A DNA stretch of 64,000 nt from Pseudomonadota bacterium (GTDB lineage Archaea; Thermoplasmatota; SW-10-69-26; JACQPN01; JAJPHT01), in assembly GCA_021325135.1 (NCBI GenBank), contig JAJPHT010000030.1, positions 152,826 through 216,825 on the forward strand, read 5' to 3'. Made by a program: the position numbers and the translations under genes. The notes under the pieces are model-generated. The model was not told where the DNA came from. It was given only the letters and a program-made list of their open reading frames with translations, and did not search any database. Below are positions 39,153 to 47,652 of this stretch, piece after piece (the stretch's first letter is position 1; each line of letters opens with the position of its first letter).

Positions 39153-39242
39153 GGGGGTCGGGCCTGAAGCGCGGCCTGGGGCATATAAATGCTTCCTGGA
39201 CGCGGAGCCCGGTTCGAAACGTATTTGTGAATTAGCAAATCT

Positions 39243-39965
39243 GTGAATCTGATGCGAGACCCTGGCCTTCTCCTCCGCCCGGTGTCCTTGCGCATACTGA
39301 CCGCTCTCCTGGGAGGACCGCTGACCTTGACCAGGCTCGCCGGAGAAGCCAAGCTCACGAAACCGGCCCTCTACCGCTATCTTCGAGGCCTCGAGGAGCT
39401 GGGCTTCGTCGAGCGCCGGACCATCGCCACTGGCCAGGCCCGCGAAGTGGAGCTTGCGCTGACCGGAGGATCGCTCCACTTGGAGCTTCGGCCCTCCGCA
39501 AGGTCGGCCATCGCCTGGGTCAGCCCGGGGCCCGTCGACCACGACCTGCCCTTGGCGAGCCAGATCCGGGACGTCGAGGCCCGAAGGGAGGTCACCCTCG
39601 CGCTTCATGGGCTTCGGGCCACGCTCGAGACCGTCAGCATCCTGCGATGGATGCACGTCTTCGTCATCCTGTTCGGCTCCTTCGCCCGCGACGAGCAGAC
39701 GTGGAAGAGCGACATCGACGTGCTGGTCCTCACCGATGACGGGCTCGAAGAGCGCGAAGCGGACCTCATCGGAGAGATGCTTCCCACCATCAACGACAAC
39801 CTCGACCATCGGCTTCAGGCGCACTTCGCGACTCGCGCCGAGTTCATCGCCCAGAAGAAGGAGATCTTCCGCGAGGCCGCCGAGGATGGCATGGTGATGC
39901 ACGATCCAAGTGGGGAGGAAGAGCTTTGGCAGAAGCTCCAGAGGTACAAGGCCATCTCGCTCTGA
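39243..39965 (+). CDS. HTH plus minimal nucleotidyltransferase (MNT antitoxin)
   Basis: ArsR-like HTH; LFGSFAR...SDIDVLV. Confidence 0.88.
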   Translation: MNLMRDPGLLLRPVSLRILTALLGGPLTLTRLAGEAKLTKPALYRYLRGLEELGFVERRTIATGQAREVELALTGGSLHLELRPSARSAIAWVSPGPVDHDLPLASQIRDVEARREVTLALHGLRATLETVSILRWMHVFVILFGSFARDEQTWKSDIDVLVLTDDGLEEREADLIGEMLPTINDNLDHRLQAHFATRAEFIAQKKEIFREAAEDGMVMHDPSGEEELWQKLQRYKAISL

Positions 39966-40313
39966 GCCGCGAGTTCCTGGGCACGGCCACCGCGGCCCTG
40001 GAGCGCGGCGAGCTGTTCCCGGCGCGCTTCAACGCCCTGCACGCCTTGGAGCTTGGGGTCAAGGCCGCGCTGCTTGCGAAGACGGGCCGCATCCCCCGGA
40101 CGCACAACGTGGGGGGCGAGTTCGCCCGGCACTTCCGCGGCCAGGTCGGCGATGCGCTCTGCAGCGAGGTCAACCGCGCCCTGGACGCCTACTCGGCAAG
40201 CCGATACCCCGACGCGCCTCCCGTGAGCCGGGACAAGCTTGCAAAGGAGATTGCCCGTCGAGCGCGTCGTGCTCCACGTCGTCCCCACCCTCGTCAAGGC
40301 TCAAGGCGAATGA
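39926..40313 (+). pseudogene. HEPN toxin, frameshifted near 40256
   Basis: HALELGVKA, PRTHN, SRYP; the likely native tail VERVVLHVVPTLVKAQGE* lies in the +1 frame and ends at an ATGA overlap with alkA. Confidence 0.7.
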
Positions 40314-40984
40314 GGGGCCTGCGACCGCCCGTGCCCGACCCTCTCCTCGACCTGCTCCCCAAGGCCCGGCGCAGGTGGGCCCGGACGGACCCCGTGCTGC
40401 ACCGCATCGCCAAGGAGCACCCGCCCGCCGCCCGCAGCGTGGAGTGGGGGCCCCCCTTCGAGGCGCTGGTGGGGAGCATCACGCACCAGCAGGTGAGCCT
40501 CGCCGCGGGGCGCACCATCTTCCGCCGCGTCGAGGAGGCCTCCGGGAGCGCCGTGACGCCGGAGGGCATCCTGGCGGCGGGGCCCGACCGGCTGCGCGCG
40601 GCGGGGCTCTCGCGCCCCAAGGTGGCCTACGTCCTGGACCTGGCCGAGAAGACCGCCAAGGGGGAGGTGGACTTCGCGCGCCTCGCCGCGGCGCCCGACG
40701 CGGAGGTCGTGGAGACGTTGACCGAGGTCAAGGGCATCGGCGTGTGGACGGCCAAGATGTTCCTCATCTTCCACCTGCACCGCCCCGACGTGCTGGCGCC
40801 CGAGGACCTGGGCCTCCAGATCGCCGTCGCGCGGGCGTACCGCGTGCCGCGCAAGTCCGCCGTGAGGAAGATGGAGAAGATGGGCCCCCTGTGGGCGCCC
40901 TACAACAGCGTCGCCGCGCTGACGCTCTGGAACTGGCGGCACGTCATGGACGCTCAGGAAGGGAGCGCGCTCTCGCACACGTGA
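40310..40984 (+). CDS. alkA: DNA-3-methyladenine glycosylase II (HhH-GPD)
   Basis: SITHQQVS, GLSRPK, VKGIGVWTA, DLG, WAPY; alternative GTG start at 40331. Confidence 0.9.
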   Translation: MRGLRPPVPDPLLDLLPKARRRWARTDPVLHRIAKEHPPAARSVEWGPPFEALVGSITHQQVSLAAGRTIFRRVEEASGSAVTPEGILAAGPDRLRAAGLSRPKVAYVLDLAEKTAKGEVDFARLAAAPDAEVVETLTEVKGIGVWTAKMFLIFHLHRPDVLAPEDLGLQIAVARAYRVPRKSAVRKMEKMGPLWAPYNSVAALTLWNWRHVMDAQEGSALSHT

Positions 40985-40986
40985 GC

Positions 40987-41391
40987 CTACGGCGAGGGCG
41001 TCCGGTCCACGGGCCTGACGTCAATGACCGCCCCGTCCAGGTCCACCGGCGCGCGGAAGCCACCCTCGCGCCAGGCGCGGGCGATCTCCCGCAGGAGCGT
41101 CAGCGTCGCGAAGGGGATGAGGTCCACGCCCGGGATGAGGTCGACGCCCACGAAGAGGAGCGAGTAGCTCGTGGTCCCCGTGACGCCCATGAGGAACGCG
41201 GCCTCCAGGACGAAGGCCAGCGCCATGGAGAGGGGTCCTCCCAGGATGTCCAGCGGCGAGTCCAGGGCGTCGAGGAAGAGCGCGACCGGCAGGAGCATGA
41301 GGAGCCCCACGGGCGCGCGCCCGTGGCGGATGCGCGCGACGCGCTGGATCAGCTCGGCGAGCGCCGAGACGCCCGGGATCTTGGCGATCAT
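40987..41391 (-). CDS. Hypothetical membrane protein
   Basis: Hydrophobic segments; DLIPGVDLIPFATL motif. Confidence 0.65.
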   Translation of the reverse strand: MIAKIPGVSALAELIQRVARIRHGRAPVGLLMLLPVALFLDALDSPLDILGGPLSMALAFVLEAAFLMGVTGTTSYSLLFVGVDLIPGVDLIPFATLTLLREIARAWREGGFRAPVDLDGAVIDVRPVDRTPSP

Positions 41392-41531
41392 GCCGCGGCG
41401 CTTGTCGTGGCGGATGGCATTGCGAGGCAAGGCGAGCGGGGCTTTCGCCGGCCTGGAGGATAAGCGCGTCGGCAGGCCGGCTGGCCGCGGAAACGTTCAA
41501 GGCGGGCGCCGGCTTGGGCCAGGATGCCCGC

Positions 41532-41762
41532 ATGACCACCCTGGAGCGCATCAACGCGGCCCTGGAGCGCATCCGCCCCGCCATGCAGATGGACGGGGGC
41601 GACATCCACCTCGTGGAGTGGCGCGAGGAGGAGGGGCTCGTGCGCGTGGCCCTCTCGGGCGCGTGCCACGGCTGCCACATGAGCACGATGACCATGACGC
41701 TGGGCGTCGAGCGCACGCTGAAGTCGCTCGTCCCCGAAGTGCAGATGGTCGAAGCGATCTGA
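41532..41762 (+). CDS. NifU C-terminal domain protein
   Basis: IRPAMQMDGGD, GACHGC, TLGVE. Confidence 0.93.
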   Translation: MTTLERINAALERIRPAMQMDGGDIHLVEWREEEGLVRVALSGACHGCHMSTMTMTLGVERTLKSLVPEVQMVEAI

Positions 41763-41770
41763 AGGGACCC

Positions 41771-42934
41771 ATGCGCGCCTCCCTGTGGCTCGCGGCCGGC
41801 GCGGCGCAGGTCGCCGTCGGCCTCCTCCTGGCCATGTTCGTCTCCTCGGGGAGCGCCATCGCCCCGCCTTCCGCGCACGTCGTCCTGCTCGCGGTAGGGC
41901 TCCTCCTCGCGGCCGGCGGGCTCGCCCTGGGGCTCTCGCCGCCCTTCCTGCGCCGCGCCGCGGACGTGCCTCTCCTGGGCGCCGCCACCGTCGCGGCCTC
42001 CTTCGCGGGCGACCTCGCGCTGCCCGTCTCGGTGCGCGCGTTCGGCGCCCTGCAAGGGCTCGCGCTCCTGCTCCTCGTGGCCCACCTGCCCGCGGCGCTC
42101 CTCCGGGGCGCGCGCTACGACGGGGACGACCTCTTCGCGCCGGAGCAGCCCTTCCGCGTGGGGGACCGCGTGGCGGCGGCCGCGCTGGCGACGGGCGCCG
42201 CGGCCACCCTCGCCTCGGGCGTCCTCCTCGTGGCGCCGCCCCGCGACGTGCCCACCAGCGCGCTCGCCCTGGCCATCCTCGTCGCGCTCCCCGCGATCCT
42301 CCTGGGCGCGCTCGCGTTCCTGCTGCCGCGCCTCGCGCGCGCGCCCCTCTCGGGCGCGACGCTGCTCTCGGCCTCGCTGGTGCTGGGAGGGCTAGGCGGC
42401 GTCGCGCTGGCGTTCGCCTACGCGCGGCCGCTCGCGACGGACTTCCGCTACCCGGCCACCGCCGTCGCGCTCGCGGTGGCGCTCGCCCTGCTGGCGCTCC
42501 TGCGCGTGCGCCTCCCCGCGGACCTGGACCTGCGCTTCGCCCCCGCGCGGCCGCTGCTCAAGGGCGCCTTCGTCCTCGCGGGGCTGGGCGCCCTCCTCCT
42601 CTTTCTCGCGATGCTGGGCGGCGCGCCCAGCGTGCTCAGCCCGCTGGCCGCCTACCTTCTGCTGGCCTTCACCGCGGTGGGCGTCGCCGCCGTCACCCTC
42701 GCCGCCGGGCCGCTCCTCTTCCCGGGAGCGCCCGCGGGGACGGGGTGGGCGCGCTGGAGCGCGGCCCTGGCCATCGCCGCGATGTTCCTCGTGGCGCCCG
42801 CGTTCCAGTACCCGCGCAGCGCGTTCCCCGGCGCCGTCGTGGCGGCCGTCGCCTTCGCCCTCGCCGTGGCCGGGCTCTGGCCCCTGGCGCGGCCGGCGGC
42901 CTCAAGGGGCGGGCGCCGCATGCGCCGCCGATGA
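41771..42934 (+). CDS. Multi-TM hypothetical protein
   Basis: About 12 TM; operonic with the NifU gene. Confidence 0.7.
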   Translation: MRASLWLAAGAAQVAVGLLLAMFVSSGSAIAPPSAHVVLLAVGLLLAAGGLALGLSPPFLRRAADVPLLGAATVAASFAGDLALPVSVRAFGALQGLALLLLVAHLPAALLRGARYDGDDLFAPEQPFRVGDRVAAAALATGAAATLASGVLLVAPPRDVPTSALALAILVALPAILLGALAFLLPRLARAPLSGATLLSASLVLGGLGGVALAFAYARPLATDFRYPATAVALAVALALLALLRVRLPADLDLRFAPARPLLKGAFVLAGLGALLLFLAMLGGAPSVLSPLAAYLLLAFTAVGVAAVTLAAGPLLFPGAPAGTGWARWSAALAIAAMFLVAPAFQYPRSAFPGAVVAAVAFALAVAGLWPLARPAASRGGRRMRRR

Positions 42935-43224
42935 TGCATCGCATCGAGACGTTCGAGGTCAGGAAGGAGGGCCTCGACGCCGCGCGCAAGGCCGTCGCGG
43001 CGTTCGCTGACGAAGTGGGCCGCAAGGAGGGGGGCACCGCGTCCTTCCTCGCCCTCCAGGAGACGGACGCGCCCACGCGCTTCGCCCTGGTGATGGCGTT
43101 CCGCGTCCCCAGCGCCGCGCAGTACCACGACGGGACCGCGTGGGCGAAGCGCTTCCGGGAGACGATTGCGCCCCTCTGCGTCCAGCCGCCCGAGGCGCGC
43201 AGCCTCGCCCCCGTGGCCCCCTGA
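42931..43224 (+). CDS. Antibiotic biosynthesis monooxygenase (ABM)-like protein
   Basis: EGGT..F, PTRF, H....WAKRF pattern; ATGA overlap. Confidence 0.7.
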   Translation: MMHRIETFEVRKEGLDAARKAVAAFADEVGRKEGGTASFLALQETDAPTRFALVMAFRVPSAAQYHDGTAWAKRFRETIAPLCVQPPEARSLAPVAP

Positions 43225-43262
43225 GGAAAACCCTAATCAGGAGAGCCCCGATGGGCGCGGCG

Positions 43263-43907
43263 ATGCCTCGGCTGAAGCTCGCGGTCCTCGTCTCCGGGAA
43301 GGGGACGAACCTCGAGAGCCTCCTGCGCGCCTCGCGCGAGGGGAGGATGGACGCGGACGTGGCGCTGGTGCTGAGCAACCGCGCCGAGGCGCCCGCCGTG
43401 CAGGTCGCGCGCCAGGCGGGCGTCCGCACCGTGGTCGTCGAGAGCGCGGGCCGCAGCCGCGAGGAGCACGAGCGCCTGGTGCGCGAGGCCCTGGACGCCG
43501 CGGCGCCCGACCTCGTGCTGCTGGCGGGCTACATGCGCATCCTCACGCCCGCGTTCATCCGCGGCCACCAGGGGCGGCTCGTCAACATCCACCCCAGCCT
43601 CCTGCCCGCGTTCCCGGGCCTGGAGGCGCAGCAGCAGGCGCACGCGGCGGGCGTCCGCGTCGCGGGCTGCACGACGCACTTCGTCACCGAGACGGTGGAC
43701 GCGGGGCCCATCCTCATGCAGGCCGCCGTCGCGATCCCGCCGGGCGCCACGCCCGAGGAGGCGCGGCTGCGCATCTTGGAGGCCGAGCACCGCGTCTACC
43801 CCGCGACGGTGCAGCTCCTCGCGGAGGGCCGCGCGCGCTGGGATGGAGGCAAGGTCGTCTTCCGCGACCTGCCGCCCACGACGAAGGAGGTCTTGCTATC
43901 ACCATGA
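43263..43907 (+). CDS. purN: Phosphoribosylglycinamide formyltransferase
   Basis: SGKGTNL, LAGYMRIL, NIHPSLLP, DAGPI. Confidence 0.96.
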   Translation: MPRLKLAVLVSGKGTNLESLLRASREGRMDADVALVLSNRAEAPAVQVARQAGVRTVVVESAGRSREEHERLVREALDAAAPDLVLLAGYMRILTPAFIRGHQGRLVNIHPSLLPAFPGLEAQQQAHAAGVRVAGCTTHFVTETVDAGPILMQAAVAIPPGATPEEARLRILEAEHRVYPATVQLLAEGRARWDGGKVVFRDLPPTTKEVLLSP

Positions 43908-45163
43908 GCGAGGCCGAGGCCCTGGCGCTCCTTGACGCGCGTGCCCGCTTCGGCATGAAGCCGGGCCTCGACACCATCCGCGGCATGCTCGCGGCGCTTG
44001 GCAACCCCGAGCGGCGCTTCAAGGTCGTCCACGTCGCGGGCACCAACGGCAAGGGCTCCTGCTGCGCGCTCATGGCCGCCGCGCTCCAGGAGGCGGGGCA
44101 CAAGACCGGACTCTACACCTCCCCGCACCTCGTCCGCTTCCACGAGCGCATCCGCGTCGAAGGCCGCGACATCACCGGCGCCGGGATCGCGCGCGGCATG
44201 GACCGCCTGCGCCCCGCGCTGGAGGCGTTCCCCGAGGCGACGTACTTCGAGGTCGCCACCGCGCTGGCGCTGCAGCACTTCGCGGACGAGGGCGTCGAGG
44301 TCGCGGTGCTGGAGACGGGCCTGGGCGGCCGGCTCGATGCGACCAACGTCGTGGACTCGCCGCTCGCGACGCTCATCACCAACATCTCGCTGGAGCACAC
44401 GGAGGTCCTCGGCTCCACCGAGGCCGCCATCGCGCGGGAGAAGGCGGGCATCGTCAAGCCTGGCGTGCCCCTCGTCACGGGCGCCACGGGCGAGGCGCTG
44501 GAGGCCATCCGCGCCATCGCCGCGGAGCGTGGCGCCCCCGTGCGCGTGCTGGGCGACGACTTCGTGCCCGCTCCCGCGAGGCCCCAGGCGCTGGAGGTCC
44601 ACGGCCTGCGCGAGTACCCCGAGGTGCAAATCCCCTTTGCGGGCGCGCACCAGATCGAGAACGCCGCGCTGGCGATGGCGACGCTGGACGCCGTCGACGC
44701 GCGCGGGCTCCCCGTGCCCGTGGAGGCCGTCGCGCGCGGCTTCCCCAAGGCGCGCTGGGCGGGGCGCCTCCAGCGCGTCGCGGGTAAGCCCGCGCTCCTC
44801 CTCGACGGCGCGCACAACCCCGCGGGCATGCGCACGCTGGTCGCGTACCTCGTGGCCGAGAAGCTGCGCCCCGTTGCGGTCTTCGGCGCGCTGGCCGACA
44901 AGGACTGGCCGCAGATGGTGGAGATCCTCGCGCCCCACGTCCGCGACGCGGTCGTGACGCGCGTGCCCTCCTCCCGCGCGCTCGATCCGCAGGAGGCCGC
45001 GCGCGCGTTCAGCATGAACGGCCTCTTCGGCATCACCTCCGAGGACCCGGGCCACGCGCTGCGCACCGCCGAGGGCATCGCGGGCGAGGACGGGCTCGTG
45101 CTGGTGACGGGAAGCCTTTACCTCGTGGGGCGCGTGCTGGGCATGCTGGAGGACGCTCCGTGA
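43904..45163 (+). CDS. folC: Folylpolyglutamate/dihydrofolate synthase
   Basis: GTNGKGS, TSPHL, ETGLGGRLDATN, DGAHNP, GSLYLVG. Confidence 0.96.
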   Translation: MSEAEALALLDARARFGMKPGLDTIRGMLAALGNPERRFKVVHVAGTNGKGSCCALMAAALQEAGHKTGLYTSPHLVRFHERIRVEGRDITGAGIARGMDRLRPALEAFPEATYFEVATALALQHFADEGVEVAVLETGLGGRLDATNVVDSPLATLITNISLEHTEVLGSTEAAIAREKAGIVKPGVPLVTGATGEALEAIRAIAAERGAPVRVLGDDFVPAPARPQALEVHGLREYPEVQIPFAGAHQIENAALAMATLDAVDARGLPVPVEAVARGFPKARWAGRLQRVAGKPALLLDGAHNPAGMRTLVAYLVAEKLRPVAVFGALADKDWPQMVEILAPHVRDAVVTRVPSSRALDPQEAARAFSMNGLFGITSEDPGHALRTAEGIAGEDGLVLVTGSLYLVGRVLGMLEDAP

Positions 45164-45996
45164 CCCGCGCCTGGCGCATCCGCGGCGGCTCGATCCCGCT
45201 GGACCGCACGCGCATCATGGGGATCGTGAACGTCACGCCCGACAGCTTCAGCGACGGCGGGCGGCACGCCACCCAGGACGCCGCCGTCGCGCACGGGCTT
45301 GCGCTCCTCGCCGAGGGCGCGGACGTCCTCGACGTGGGCGGCGAGAGCACGCGCCCCGGTGCGCAGCCCGTCCCCGCGGAGGAGGAGGCGGCGCGCGTCG
45401 TCCCCGTCGTCCGCCGGCTCGCGGAGGCGGGCGCTATCATCTCCGTCGACACCATGAAGGCCAGCGTCGCGCAGGCCGCGCTGGCCGCGGGCGCGCGCAT
45501 CGTCAACGACGTCACCGCCGGGCGCGACCCCGCGATGCTTCCTCTGGTCGCGCGCGAAGGCGCGGGCGTCGTCCTCATGCACATGCAGGGCGAGCCGCGC
45601 ACGATGCAGCAGGCTCCCCGCTATCACGACGTCGTGAAGGAGGTCGCGCAGCACCTCCACGAGCGGGCGCGCGCCGCCACGGCCGCGGGCGTCGCGCCGG
45701 AGGCCATCGCCCTCGATCCCGGCATCGGCTTCGGCAAGACGCAGGAGCACAACCTCGCGCTGCTGCGCGGGCTCCCCGAGATCGCGATGCTGGGATATCC
45801 CGTCCTCGTGGGCGCCTCGCGGAAGGGATTCCTGGGCGCGCTCACGGGCGTCGCGGACCCCGCGGACCGCGTGGAGGCCAGCCTCGCGGCGCACGTGCTC
45901 GCGGCCGAGCGCGGCGCGTCCATCGTCCGCGTCCACGACGTGAAGGCGCACAAGCGCGCGCTGGCCGTGGCGGACGCGCTCCTGGAGGGGCCCTGA
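45160..45996 (+). CDS. folP: Dihydropteroate synthase
   Basis: NVTPDSFSDGG, GESTRPG, DPGIGFGK, SRK, RVHDV. Confidence 0.97.
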   Translation: MTRAWRIRGGSIPLDRTRIMGIVNVTPDSFSDGGRHATQDAAVAHGLALLAEGADVLDVGGESTRPGAQPVPAEEEAARVVPVVRRLAEAGAIISVDTMKASVAQAALAAGARIVNDVTAGRDPAMLPLVAREGAGVVLMHMQGEPRTMQQAPRYHDVVKEVAQHLHERARAATAAGVAPEAIALDPGIGFGKTQEHNLALLRGLPEIAMLGYPVLVGASRKGFLGALTGVADPADRVEASLAAHVLAAERGASIVRVHDVKAHKRALAVADALLEGP

Positions 45997-46347
45997 ATGG
46001 ACCGCGTGAGCCTGCGGAACATGCGCGTCTACACCCACGTGGGCTGCACGCACGAGGAGCGCAAGGTGGGCCAGCACCTGGAGATGGACTTCGACGCGTT
46101 CCTGGACGTCTCGCAGGCGGGCGACCGCATCGGCGCCACGCTGGACTACGCCGAGGCGTACCGCCGCATCCGCGCGGCCGTGGAGAACCACGAGGCCAAC
46201 CTGCTGGAGACCATCGCCGAGCGCGCCGCCGCCGCGCTGCTGGCCCTGGGCGCGCGGGAGGTCGTCGTGCGCGTCCGCAAGCCCGCGCCCCCCATCCCCG
46301 GCGCGCACGCGGACGCGGCGGAGGTCGAGATCCGTCGGCGCGCCTAG
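45997..46347 (+). CDS. folB: Dihydroneopterin aldolase
   Basis: HVGC..EER..GQ, LDYAE, LLETIAE, VRKP. Confidence 0.92.
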   Translation: MDRVSLRNMRVYTHVGCTHEERKVGQHLEMDFDAFLDVSQAGDRIGATLDYAEAYRRIRAAVENHEANLLETIAERAAAALLALGAREVVVRVRKPAPPIPGAHADAAEVEIRRRA

Positions 46348-46392
46348 ACGCTAAGAAGAACCGATTTATCCCCCTGGGGGTTTCGGCGGACC

Positions 46393-46839
46393 GTGAAGGC
46401 CTGGCTCCCCCTGCTGGTGGCCGCCGCCGCGCTCAGCGGCTGCGCCGCGGGGCAGCCCGCATCGCCCAACCCCAACCTTGCCGCGCCCAAGCTCGTGGTG
46501 GCCGCGCGCGCGGACGGCAACTTCACCGTGTTCATGCATGCTGCGTTCGGCGACCGGGCCTACGACTGGTTGACCCTCTCCCTGGACAACGCCAGCGTGG
46601 CCAACCGCACGTCCGCCTACTCGCTGGAGCAGGCCGTGAACGGCACGGGCTTCTTCCTGGACGTGGGCGCGTCGTCCCAGGGCCAGCTCTACCAGTACCG
46701 CGCGCGCATCGACGTGATCCCCGGCGCTTCGGGCGACCGCCTGAAGGCCAGCGTGCTCGACGACGAGGGGCGCTGGAGCGAGCCGCGCACGTTCAACATG
46801 CCCTTCGAGCAGATCCTCGACCACCCGAGGTCGCCCTGA
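46393..46839 (+). CDS. Hypothetical lipoprotein
   Basis: Lipobox LSGC. Confidence 0.75.
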   Translation: MKAWLPLLVAAAALSGCAAGQPASPNPNLAAPKLVVAARADGNFTVFMHAAFGDRAYDWLTLSLDNASVANRTSAYSLEQAVNGTGFFLDVGASSQGQLYQYRARIDVIPGASGDRLKASVLDDEGRWSEPRTFNMPFEQILDHPRSP

Positions 46840-47162
46840 TGGCGCGCCGCTTCCCCCTCTCCTACTGGATCCTCGCGGGGGCCTTGCTGGTCGCGGCCGC
46901 GTTCATCGCCCTGGTCTGGCTGGGCGTGCCCCCCTTCGACAACCTCGCCCTCTTCGTCCTCACGCAGGCCGTGGGCTTCGTGCTCCTCCTCGTCCTGGGC
47001 GTCGTGGGCGGCGCCTTCGTGGGCATGCTTCTGGCCCACCGCATCCTGGCCAACCGCCAGTTCACCCCCTTCGAGCGCACGATGCTGGAGGGGCTGGAGG
47101 AGATCCGCGAGAGGCTCGACCGCCTGGAAGGAAAGGAGCCTCCCGAGCGCCTGCGGCGCTAG
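46839..47162 (+). CDS. Hypothetical membrane protein
   Basis: 2 TM plus coiled C-terminus; overlaps upstream stop. Confidence 0.7.
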   Translation: MARRFPLSYWILAGALLVAAAFIALVWLGVPPFDNLALFVLTQAVGFVLLLVLGVVGGAFVGMLLAHRILANRQFTPFERTMLEGLEEIRERLDRLEGKEPPERLRR

Positions 47163-47389
47163 GCCAGGGAGCGGGCGGGGACGCGGGCGCGGGGCGCCAT
47201 CTCGACGAAGCCCCAGAGGCTTGCCGAGGTGAAGAAGAGGAGCAGGTCGCGCGCCGCCAGGGAGACGACCACCAGCGAGCCCATGAGGATGCGGCGGCGC
47301 TGCGCCGAGGTGAGGGCCGCCCACGCCTTGCCGAGCCGTCCCGGGGCCGTGCGCGCGTTCACGCGAAACCAGTCGGCAGCGACGGGCAT
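47159..47389 (-). CDS. Small hypothetical membrane protein
   Basis: One hydrophobic segment; lies downstream of tRNA-Thr. Confidence 0.35.
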   Translation of the reverse strand: MPVAADWFRVNARTAPGRLGKAWAALTSAQRRRILMGSLVVVSLAARDLLLFFTSASLWGFVEMAPRARVPARSLA

Positions 47390-47470
47390 AAGCCTTCCGG
47401 CAGGACGGAACGTCCCGACCTCCCATCCTCAGGGGGGAATTGATATCTCCACGACGGTGGGAGAAAGAAG

Positions 47471-47544
47471 AGCCACCTGAGGGGTTCGAACCCTCGACCT
47501 GCTGATTACGAATCAGCTGCTCTACCAGGCTGAGCTAAGGTGGC
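47471..47544 (-). tRNA. tRNA-Thr(CGT)
   Basis: GCCACCT acceptor, TAGCTCAG..TGGTAGAGC D-arm, GCTGA-TTCGTAA-TCAGC anticodon arm, GGTTCGAA T-loop; no encoded CCA. Confidence 0.97.
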
Positions 47545-47652
47545 GGACGGGCCGCGCCCCGGAGGCGGACGCCCCTGGGGACACCCCCGGAGAATCCCGC
47601 CCCCCTCTAAAAGGTTCCGACGGCGCAAGGGGACCACAACGCATCGGGGGTC

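Noticed and set aside
39926-40984. An evolved HEPN-AlkA fusion protein
   Set aside because: The linker looks like off-frame sequence, and a plausible HEPN tail with an ATGA overlap exists in the +1 frame; reported as a frameshift instead
47471-47544. tRNA-Thr as an integration site
   Set aside because: No duplicate of its 3' end and no integrase were found nearby
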